DNA of 64,000 nucleotides, from contig OZ210884.1 of assembly GCA_964658305.1 (NCBI GenBank), positions 3,968,001 through 4,032,000 of the forward strand, in the 5' to 3' direction. The notes beneath the pieces are model-generated. The model had not been told where the DNA came from, did not search any database, and saw only the letters and a list, made by a program, of their open reading frames with translations. Positions within the stretch are counted from its first letter, which is position 1. Every line of letters begins with the position of its first letter. The position numbers and the translations under genes were made by a program. This document shows, piece by piece, positions 24,801 to 36,800 of this stretch. This DNA is from Leptogorgia sarmentosa (lineage: Eukaryota).

Positions 24801-27800
24801 ATGTTAAGCTTATAGGTTTGTTCACTCGGCTAAGTCAAATTACCATAAACTGAACTGTCAGAAAGAAGGCAATACTGATTTTCAAATTCTTCATTGTTCT
24901 CTATACAGATAAGGTAAGACCTACTTCAGGGTGCAGGATCGCCTAAAATTGCTCAAGATTGGCTATGATCGGCATATATTACATACAAAAAATAAGCATT
25001 CCGAATTGAGAGAAGAATGAACTTTTTTTATAATCCCAAAATAAACCTTATACATAATATCACACAATATTGCCTAAGATCGCCCAAGATTCCCTAAGAT
25101 CGCCCAAGATCGCGTAAGAACACCCAAGATCGCCTTGAATTTTGACATTTTTCCCTAATATCGCCTAATATGGCAATTAATCGCGGCGATCTTAGACCCT
25201 AGAGAACGCCTAAGGTATATTGATGTGTCTGTTCGTTTCCCTAATCTTCTTTAGAAGTACGTGCGCAATTTGAGAAGATGTTTGATTGTCATAGTTCATT
25301 TAAGTGCAGCTTTCAAAGCGCAGGTATTAGACAAATTAATTATCTGCTCAGTCAATTCCTCGCTTAGCAACATATTTATCGGCGGCAAAACATTGACCGA
25401 CCGCTTCAAACCTTCGATTGAGACAATTCATTCTATTTCTACAACTAGGTCGAGGTAATACCCACCTTCTCAAATTAAACACCATGTATTGCAAAGAGGA
25501 TAAATGCCCGTTTACCCTTGCAACTTTGACTGCGATTTCTAGAGCGATTTTCTCCTTTTGACTGAGTTTGCAATTTCTTCACCGTACATTTGTAACTAGT
25601 TTACTCGTTCACATCCATCAAAAGGAGAAAATCGCACTAGAAATCGCAGCGAAAGTTGCAAGTGTAAACGGGCCTTAACTCACCTAAGCATTCTGGTGCA
25701 GGTGAACTCCATTTTCCGTTTGCTTGACACCTGGTGATCCTTACGCCTTCAAGATGATGTTTGTCTTTGCAACTGAAATTTATCGTCGCATTGTATTGAT
25801 AATGGTTTCCATGTCGATAACCATGGCGTGGTATGCCTGGATCTCCACAATCCACAACTAAACATAAAACACAGTTATCAATTACTGCGATACTTTGAAG
25901 CAGAAAGATGAAAAAAGAAGCAGTGAAAAAACGAAGCTGAAAGAGAATAGACAGCCAGGTGAAAAGGAGAAGCAGTCACACATAAATCCGTTTTTCGATT
26001 AAAACAACTGAACATCTCCGTAATATACTTTATTTCGATTCCATATTTTTCGTAACCAAACATAATACAGGCAAAATTTCAACTGGTTTCATGAAAGACA
26101 ACGAAAGATATAATCGAATAAATGCAGTAAAACAGATTTCTATTTAGACAACCTTATCTGTGCGCTGATTAGCTAAAACTCGAATAGGAGACCATCCATA
26201 GGAGGCAAAACAAGCAATTTGTGTTTTTAGGTCTACAAGTGCTTGCAGAATACCCCCCCCCCCCCCCCGATTTCGCTTGGCGCAATTGGGCAAATTATTC
26301 CACCTTCCGAGATAGGAAAGATAATAATATGGACAGTTGAAGGGTGCGAGTTGTTTGATGACTGTCATTCCTTCATTTGCGCATTTTGATAATGTAAACT
26401 CACAGAATGATACAGCAAACATACTTACGTTGGCATGTTGGATGTACCCCCGACCATTGTTGCGTTTGGAGACATTTTCTGAAAGGTGATCCTCCGTGGA
26501 TCGCATAGCCGACATCACAAGAAATCCCCACGATAGCGCCAAGCTCGGTTCTAAAACCATTTATTTTGCCATGCGCAGGTGCATCAAGTTTGGGACAATA
26601 ATTTGCTGAAGAAAAAAAAACAACAACCTTAACCGTGCCATAAACATATCGGCCTTTACCATGCCTTAAACGTATGATGCTTCTTAACCATGCTTCTTAA
26701 CCATGCTTCTTAACCATGTTCCTCAACCATATGCTCCTCCACCATGCTCCCCAACGAAATTTCCGCAACTGATAAAAATCACAAATTGGCAGCCGAGTAC
26801 GGATAATTTTTAAACTAAATGCCTTTTTAAGTTCTGTTTTTCTAGCCTAATGCCAAACATGTATTTGACATTGATATTTTAGGCAGAAATATTATTCGTT
26901 CACCAATCTCAACACAAGTACTTCGTCAGCCAACTCGCTCCTGGCTAAATCATTAAAAATGGCGGCTGTGTGAGAGCATGCATGTAAAACGTGGGAACAT
27001 GATTCCTAGCTAAGTACGCATTCTACAGACTACAGGGTGTCTATTCTGTGATAGACGACGGTTCGCGAAAAAGCAAAGGAAACAATATGGAAACAAAACT
27101 GGCGTTTTGCTGAGGTGTCTGAAGAATTTTCTTGATATAAATAATTCTGGGCATAGAGTGTATACTAAAACAATTAGACAACTCGGCCTTGTTGTCTAAT
27201 TGTTAATTATAATTACATTATCTTTGAATAAACATTTCATCGAATGCATGATAAATTTATGCAGGTTCGGTTTTATTTTGGACATCCTGTTTATCTACTA
27301 TTTCTAAGATAGTATCCTGTTGTTATTATACTTACGTATGCAAATAGGTTGTTCACCAGACCAAGTGCTGGTCTTGTCACACGTTCTGCTACCGGTTCCT
27401 AACAAGCGGTACGTTGGGTGACATGTAAACGTGGCGACGTTACCGTAGTCATTGCCACTGCCAGACAATTGACGATTTGCATGATCAACAGTACCAATAT
27501 TCACACATTTAACAGCTACATGGTATAACAAGAAGTGTGAATATTATTTTGATGTTCAATGTTTGTCATTTACCTGCCATACATTTTGCGCATTCGTTGT
27601 AAACGAATGAACTTTCTCACCAAAGAAGAAAAAATATATCGAATAATTGATCCGTTTTAGAATGGGATAGCCCTTTTTCTTCAGTACTTTTTTCATGTTG
27701 TGATGTCCTAACAGGGCCTTTTTTTAAATTCATAAAAAATGTATAGAGAAATATAAATTTGGGAGGAGTCTCCTACCCAGAAAATGTTTTAATTTCTGAG

Positions 27801-30800
27801 CTGACTACACTTGATTTCCTGCAATTTCTGCTGGATTTTCGCTCATTCCAGACAACGGACTTTTAACAGGGAGGGGGATTCTTCAAGTCTGTGGCGGGGA
27901 GTAACATTGTGGGTGGGGGCTTTTGCCCCTCCAGTATATATGTCAAAAAATACCCTGTGTCCTATACAAAAAGGCAGCTAGCAGCAAATTCAGCCTATAA
28001 AATTGTGTGAGTAGTATGGTGTTACAGTGATCCTTTGATTAATGTCAATTTAATACTTACGTTTACACTCGGGCTGAACTCCAGACCACTTTTTATCAGC
28101 CATACAGATCCTTTGATCTGAACCAACAAGTTTGAAACCGTCCTGGCATGAAAATGATGCTGTGTTCCCAAGAACGCCTTCGCCATTCATGGAGTAAGTG
28201 CCATGGGGTGGATTTGAAAGGCTTGGACATGTGATCTCTAAAGGAATTTTAATGTTCATGATGAATAAAATACCGTATAGTTTTGATTAGGGACGTAGCT
28301 TTCCCTATACAAGAGGGATAGGGGGTTCGTTCATCACTAGATCAACTTAGTACACGAGCAAGCTGACTATGCGACTGAACATCTAAACATATTTCCAGTG
28401 TACTGGCCAGCTCGACATTTGGTCATGCAAATGGAAATTTAAATCATTATGTTATTCATTTCTTTAGGAATTGATCCCTTATATGGTCTATAAACACAGA
28501 AAAAATTGCATTTGCATGACCAAATGTCGGGCTGGCTTCGCCACTGCATACTTCGTGTATTTTAGCTGTGAGTTATTACACGTAAAAATAACACTTTTTC
28601 AGGCATGCTTTAATCTACTAGAAACACAGTTTATTGTGTGTACACAGCTTACTTTATAGAATGTTTTTTGATTAGACTATGTATATATAGTAGTAGTCTA
28701 ATAACTAACTTTCTTTTACATCCCCTCGCACACGGTGTTGAAGGAATGACAAAACTGGTTTTGAAAAGAATCTGCTCTCTAGGGAGTAGGAGCCCCCCCC
28801 CCCCACCCCCCCCCCCCCCCCCCCCGCGCCCACAATTTCCCCTCTGGCTACGCCTGGCGATTTATAGTAATGAAATATTTTTTATAAAAAAACCGGAAGT
28901 GAAAAAGATTGCGCGCGTGCGCGTGATTGGCTAACAGCCGTGTTGATGTGAGATTATGTAAACATAGCTATTTCCTGTTGCTTCTCGCTATTGCGTTATT
29001 CCGCTTTTGTCATCGTGTTATTTTATAAAAGTAATAGAAAACGTTTTCCTATGTTTACATTGAGTTAGGTAAACACTCGTGCAAGTTTGGGAGAACGAGA
29101 AATGTGTGGAAACACTCGCCCTTCGGGCTTGTGTTTCCACACATTTCTCGTTCTCCCAGACTTGCACTCGTGTTTACATAACTCGATGTAAACGTGGAAA
29201 ATGTTTTCTATTCCTTAAAGAAAAAAATCACACGTGCACAAAGCTCCCTAAAATGACTATCATTACCTTTACAAGAAGCTACATCAATTCCTGATCCCGG
29301 TGTGTATCCATGCTTACAGAAGCACGTGTGGCCAAGATAAGTGTCGAGACAGAGATGAGCACAGCCGCCATTCCTCGAAGCGCATTCATCCACATCTGAA
29401 AGTTAATCAACAATTAAGACGAAGATTTTCTGTACGTCACGTATCTCGAGCTGAAAACTCAAATTCGTCGAAATATAAATTTCAAATTTTGAGGTTTCTC
29501 AGTCGGCAGACTCACTTAAAAAGTTTCATGGCTTCATAATTAATGATTTAAAACGAAAATAAAAAGATTTTGGAGGGTACGCCATAGAGAAAATTACGTT
29601 TGAAACCTTGCATTTAATGTTGAAATCAAGGCTTCATTCATGTTGCGCTGGTTATACGACATTGATGTTTATAATTTTTCTATTCCTTTTAGTTTCTCAA
29701 TACCCAGACATAGTTTCGAAGATAGCAAGCAGATTTGTCGAGACAATAATCATAGAATAATTTGATTTTTAGAGGGACGCCAAAAATATTTTGGGTTTTG
29801 AACACATTTCGTCGAAAATACGCGACATGAAAAAAATTATCCTCTTAACACATTGAAACGTGTTGAGGGAAGAGCGGAGATTCCAATAAGGTGGAGAGAA
29901 TGAAACAAAAAATCATATTTCGCTTATTTACGTCTAGCACCATTTCGGAAATGTGTAGCATACAAAAGTGATGCTTAACCGCTTTTAGCATGCAGCAAGA
30001 ATCACTCCATTGCTGTCGCTGGCAACAATATAGTACCTTTTAAAATTTGACATTCCCTACCATGTTTTCACATTTTGATTGAAATAAAAAATAAATTGGT
30101 ATTGTTGAAACAGCTTACCAACACAGCCTCGCTTTCCTTTCTATATACTTTCCAAAAAGGGAGATATTTTGAAAATGTGATCGTTGGAAGAAAAATATTG
30201 TGTTCCCTGATATATAACTGACCTTCGCATCTCGTTAAAGATTTTCGTAATACCATTTTAAATGGACAGGTACAGCGGAAAGATCCTGGTCTGTTCACGC
30301 AACCATGACTGCAAACGTTTTCTGCACACTCATCGATGTCTTAAAAAGGCAAAAATTTGGCTCCTTTTAATATGTAGCTAGGGCAAACGAGCGGATAATA
30401 AAAACAAAGGCAACATATACAATAGCTAGTGGTATATGCATAATTGGGACAGATTTTTGATACTCATTGATAATCATTTGTACTGTTTTTTAACAAAGAA
30501 GGGCATGAAAATGGCGACAAAATTGCGTAAAATACCATGCATAAACACAGAATACTTTTAAGTACTTTTTTTAAGGACTTTTAAATCTCTCTTTTTGTCG
30601 AAATCGATCCCTATTTGATTGCGCATGGCAGCCACACAACAACATACCAATGCACGTCATTTTGTCATCACCCAGTCTGTATCCATCAACGCATGAACAC
30701 TTGTAAGTTCCAGGGAAATCAGTACAATGTTGGTTGCACCCCGCAGTGTTGGTTGCACATTCGTCGATATCTAGAAAAAGAAAATGCGGTCACGTGCCTG

Positions 30801-33800
30801 TTCATATTAGAAAATCTTTTGCTGTTTGAGCGAGCTTCCAATATAATCACTGTATACGACTTTATACAAATTTTCAGTACATCTTTTCCCGTATTTTCGA
30901 TTAAAAAAATACAAATTTTCCAATTATTCTCCATTTTAGTTTCATAATTTGATTTGAACACTATCATGGATGATGTTAGAAGCTATTTTTTTTTGGGTCA
31001 GTCTAAACTTGCCTAAAATTTTGTCTTACTTTATGCAAAATCTTCAATACGGTGAAAATTGACAAATCGTTTAAAATGTCCAAAGGGACAAAAACAGCGT
31101 GCCAAAATGAGTATAACTACAAAGTTCGAAGACGAAATATGATAAAATGTTGAAGTTATGGCTAGGGGAAGTTTGCCCATTTTGTATATTATTGTATTAG
31201 CGCAAGCTCAATTATACCCTTCTCAGGCGGAAATGGGTATTCAATTAACCACTTCCACCTTATAAATACAGTAGTGCGCAAATTGTGCGAAATTTGTATT
31301 GCCATAATTTACCGATTTTACAATAATTATTTAAATTATAAATTAATAAAATATAAATTATAAAACAAATAATTATTACTGTGGCGATAGATTTTTGTTT
31401 GTTTACTCATTTTCAAATTTTTGAGATCGCTAAATTTGTCTATTAATGTCGTTTCCATGGGCTAAAAATTGCATCTTCACTCGTGCGACGTAGTAATTGG
31501 CGTTTTACACAAACTTTTGTTTTTGTCGTTGGAACAGATAAAGCAAAGACCTTCTAACGTCAGGCAAAATTGTTGGGTAAACATTTTTGTATGGACAGGC
31601 CTTAGTAAACCAGATGATTTTGAAATGCGGAAAAGTACTGGTAACTAGCTACGTTATAAAAAGAATTCTTTTTTTTTTCGTTCAAAAAATACTAGCTAAA
31701 TTCGTCATGATATTTTCCATTCCCTTCTGCAGTTAACACGTTTCAAGAAGTTTCAAAAAAGGAAAGTGAGATATATTAGCGAATAATTATATACCCTTAC
31801 GAAAAATACACATATGTGGTTCACATGTGGAATTGGAACAAATCACATCTGATTCACATCTGATTCACATATGATTCACATGTGGTTCCCAGGTCAAACT
31901 GATTTGATTCAAACTGTTTTTTAAGTAGAAATTCAAGTTTCGTTTACTTTGCTTATAGTTTGTTTACATAAAATAATTCACGCTCATATCACCACTTTGC
32001 TAGTGAAAAAAGCCAGTTTTGTTGCATAAAAATAACACTAAATAAAATATTTTACTTTGAAAGATTTTTAAACCATATTTTTTCGCTTGTTTAACTTTCT
32101 TGGGATGCTTTCTTGTTTAATTTTGTCAATTTCCTCCTGCGAAACTTCAGCAAACCGAGCGGCCATTTTGAATTTTAATTATGAAAAATCTTTATAGTCA
32201 CTGCCCAGTGAGTATAACACCAGAGACAGCAAATTTTAACCAATCAGATTGCAGGAAATGTTATAGTCACTTGAAAATTTATACTAAATAACAATATATA
32301 CCACTTACTTTCACATGTTGGCGCCACTGCGGACCACATCCCTCCCAAACAAGTCATGCTCGATACTCCGACACGACGGAACCCAGGGTTACATGTATAG
32401 TGAACTGTTTTTCCGGAAATGGTTGCAGCACCGTTAACTGGAGTGCCAGGTGTATTGCAATCCACCTCTGTACACAAAAGTAATCACATTAGGTAATTAG
32501 CAGGGTGAGTTGAGGTGGCTCTTTGAAGTTCATAGGATTTCGAAATGTTGAAAATTTATAAGTTAGATCGACAGACCTTCTATAGAGTACCCTCTTTAGA
32601 GTACCCTCTAAAAAATCACTCGTTATGAAGGGTTTTTACCCCTCGAAAAATTTAAATTGACGAAGAGTAACAGAAAACGTGTTCTCATAAATACTTCTGT
32701 CGTTCATGTACGGTTCAATTCAAATCTCAAAAGTATAACAACGCGCGTTTGCGAACAAAAGTGCTGATTTCTATGGAGGGGACTTTTTTGAGAGACTCAA
32801 AATAGTTAATTTCGTTTATATCAACTGTATTTTCTCAAAGCGATTTTTTGCCACGCTAAACGAAACGTGGAATAAAATTTCATTTTTTTTTCTCTAATTT
32901 TAGCTCAAATTTTAACTACCTAGATTTCTGGTCTTTATGACGAACTCTGAAGTTTATACATACTTCAAAAGTGTTATTTAAAAATGGATCGTGAACTATT
33001 GGAGTGAAAAATTATTATATGTACCGTGTTGGCAGTTATCCCCACTGTATCCAATCGGGCATTTACAGACATAACCGTATGGCACAGGAGTACATACACC
33101 AGAGTTCTGACATGGGTTGGGAGAACAAGAACCTGTAAAAATAACGAGTATTATCTCAGAGATGCACTCGAATATTGTTATTTTTAACACATATACACTT
33201 CCGGAACATTGGCCGAATTGATTTTTAAAAATAAATCTATGTAGCCTATACTGCATGTCACAGCCGATTGGTAACAAATATAAAATGTAATTAATTTATA
33301 ATGTAAAATATGTAATTTCGTGCAGCGTTTTCGTGATATATTTATATCGTCTCTGGAAAACGAGCGACTTAGTGAGAGCCTGGCTGATTGTAGTTTAGTT
33401 CCACACATATCTGCAAATTGAGTCGTTATACCAAAATTTCTTCTCATTGCGTGACATTAGCGGTATTAACGATGGCCCCCAACAGATCCGGATGTGGGCG
33501 AAGAATTATCAGAATTTGAGAAGTTTGTTTGCCTGATGCTGAGGTTTCAAGCAAGCTTGCTGGGTGACTGAAAATTGCATCGTTTGATTCAGAGTCCCAT
33601 AAATTTAAGATCTCTTTAAAAATTGAAATTTTCTTTAAATGATTTATGCTACTTTATCTTGGTCTAGATAATCAATTAATTAAGGCAGCCATACAATTCC
33701 ACCATACCATAGACGTAACGCTTATATAGCGAATCAAGACTGCATGACTATTTTCATTTGCCAATTTTATTCGATCTGATCAATGTAATTTATACCTGAA

Positions 33801-36800
33801 TTAGTTGCGGTGATACTGGACAAGTCGGAAGGAGCACCTTCCGGGTCTAGATGGATAGAAAAGGTTAATAAGTCAGTTACTATATGTATTTATAAAATAG
33901 CTTTTTAAAACACGGGCGTTGATTGGTCGAGAGCTCAAAAAAACAGTGTTTTTATAACACTATAGAGACACGAGAATTTTCACGCGGGTTGCGTGGTTTG
34001 CGCGGGAAATAAAAAACAAAATGATTTTTCGAATGAATGTAATTAAAGTCGATAAATTTATCATTCTTTTTTATTGTTTTTAAAAGGCTATTTAATAAAG
34101 GAAATAGAAAACATTTTTTCCGTGTTTCTATAAGTTATAGAGACACTTGTGAAAGTTTGGGAGAAACTCGAAATTGTGTGGAAACAGTCGCACTTCGTGC
34201 TCGTGTTCCCACGGAATTTCTCGTTTCTCCCAAACTTCCACGCGTGTTTCTATAACTCTATAGAAACACGGAAAATGTTTTCTTAAACTATTTCTTAAAT
34301 ACTGATTGATAAAATAGGTACATCAGGCATGCGGATAAGACCGCGTGTTCTTTAGAGTTTGAGTAACCATAGCAGTTCCTCCAACTTGGCGATTTTTTAG
34401 TATGTTTATACAGCACCCGTTAAACAAAGACCTCAACGGGTAGTACCCGATATTTCTCAATTGAGAACACGGGTAATGCCCACGCTGGACTATCGTCTAA
34501 GTAGCCTGGGCCCTAGCTGGCCTGGTAAATTATGAACAGTGATTGCCCGGGTCTATAATCATATGCATTTAGCCAGGCCAGAGTGGTGAGCAGCGAGCTC
34601 GATTTAGCTCAAGTGGTAAGGCACGCGGTGCGTGCGTTGCAGTTCTATAGTTCAAGCCCCGGTTCGACACATTTTTTCAGCGTTAGTGATGAAAACTTTT
34701 TTTTCCTCAATATTTTGCTGACCATAATGGTCAGGGTTAGCATTCTAGGGTTTGGGTTGGGATTAAGGAAATTCTTAGTATATAGAAAACTGGTTTATAT
34801 ATCTAACACCAATATAACTATATCAAGAGTAATACTGAAACGCCGACCAGCAATCTCAGGCGATAGTCCAGCGTGGGCATTACCCGTGTTCTCAATTGAG
34901 AAATATTGGGTACTACCCGTTGACGTCTTTCTTCAACGGCTGGTTTATAATAGCGAGAGTATAGAATTGCTTTCTCCACAGGCCTTTATGCACCGTGAGA
35001 AGAATAGAATTGATATAAGAATACCGAACGAAACGTGGTTAGGAAATAGCGCATATCTTGTGATTCCTTGCACCCCTGCGAATATTTTCAAATTTTATAC
35101 ACTTACTAAGAGAGCAGCCATAAACCTCAACTCTCATGCCGATTGCATTATGCCAAGAGATGGGTATGAATCTGATATAACGAGCTTCAGCGCCTATTTG
35201 ATTCTTCTTTCTTCCTATGTTGTCTGTATTGCCAGGGAAAGTCTGTCATATAGTTAGAAAAAAATACTGGAATAAGTTTTGATTATTAACAAACCGCGCC
35301 CTGGACAGTTTTGTTCAACGTACTGGATCTTAAAATTTCTCCAATAATATCATTGTAGTCAATTTTCTGGACGCTGATTGGCTAAAAAAGTTCAACAACT
35401 GTGCGAATTAAACATTAATTACACAGGTGTTTAATTAATTTTTCAAATACCACGGTTTCGAGCCCGCGATACATTATAAAAACAAATAAATAAACGCTCA
35501 TCAACGCTAAAATTATTGGGTTTTTTGGTATTTCGCCAAACACGCGTGCAATTTTTCATTAATACTTCTCGAACCGTGTAATTTCCTGTACTAATATGAA
35601 TAGGCCGATGCCAGCGCATGAATCCTGATTAAAAATTTCTTTAGTACACTACCTCAGACAAAGTGGACCAAGAGGACCCGCTAATACTTGTCTGTATTTG
35701 ATACGACTGCACCCAGTAATCGTGGCCATCAGCTCCTTGTGTTTCCACCGCCGTGACTTTCATCCTCGAACCAAGGTCAATTTGAAGATACTGGTTTTGA
35801 TTGGAATGGCTGGGAATCCAGCCACCATCGCTATCTGGCACTCCATTTACATTGCTTGCCTTTCGTCCGTTTGCTCGACCATGTTTGGCGCCACTGAGAG
35901 ACGAATGCTGTGAACTTGCGGTCATTTGAGAGTCTAAAATCACTCCACTTTCCACGCCCAGCATGTCAACACAATCTATAAGGAAAGCATACGTTGATTT
36001 AACTCATTCTCAGTTTACAATTTATCTCGAAACTTTCTAGATTACTCGTTCGCTCGAACTACTGCCTTAATTATTGCTAATCTACACGCTGAGAAAAAAA
36101 ACCCCTCCTCACAGATAATTTTGTATGTTAATCGGCTTCAAGGTCATTTGTATTGTTTAAAAACTAAAATAATTTAAACTTGAATTCAAAAACGGTAGTT
36201 TTTTTTCCTGATGATATTAAAAGGGTTTTACCAAGACAAAATTAACATTCACACTAAAATCGGTAATTTTCGTAAATTACGGTTATTAGGAACGTAATTC
36301 AGTACGAAGATAAAACGCGGTAATTTTTTTATGTAAGGCACAGATGATTGAGTGTGGAAAATTTAAGTAGCTATGTGAAATATTTAAAGGAAATTTTTCT
36401 TTCCGGTAGCGAGGTCAGGCTTATTAAAGCGTTATATTTATCAATAATAATACAAATAAAGCAATTACTGTACGTATTAAAATTCATAGAAAAATTATTG
36501 CGAACAAGACATATGTTGTACGTTGTACAAATATTGTCCGTTCCTCGCCATATATTGAATGCTGTTGAAATACCACTTACTCAGTTCGTAGTAATCATGA
36601 CCAGAGTTAGCCGGATGCGAGACAGCAACAGTTTCACGGTTTGCCTTACTCAAATAACATGTCTGAGAGCTGGCGTGGTATTCAAATGATCTGCATTGGA
36701 CTCCAGGTGGCATCGCGTAACATTTTCTCGCACAGGCAACAAGATCGATATTGTTCACTGTTATATTGTTGTTTGATGGCAGGACGGCGTTGTACACTGT

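Noticed and set aside
28793..28825. Poly-proline ORF / long poly-C tract
   Set aside because: Homopolymer run in an intronic repeat remnant; its length is also prone to sequencing error.
34583..35257. 224-aa plus-strand ORF
   Set aside because: It runs through a repeat element and antisense to a real F5/8 exon (35242-35107), starts at GTG and has no recognisable motif.
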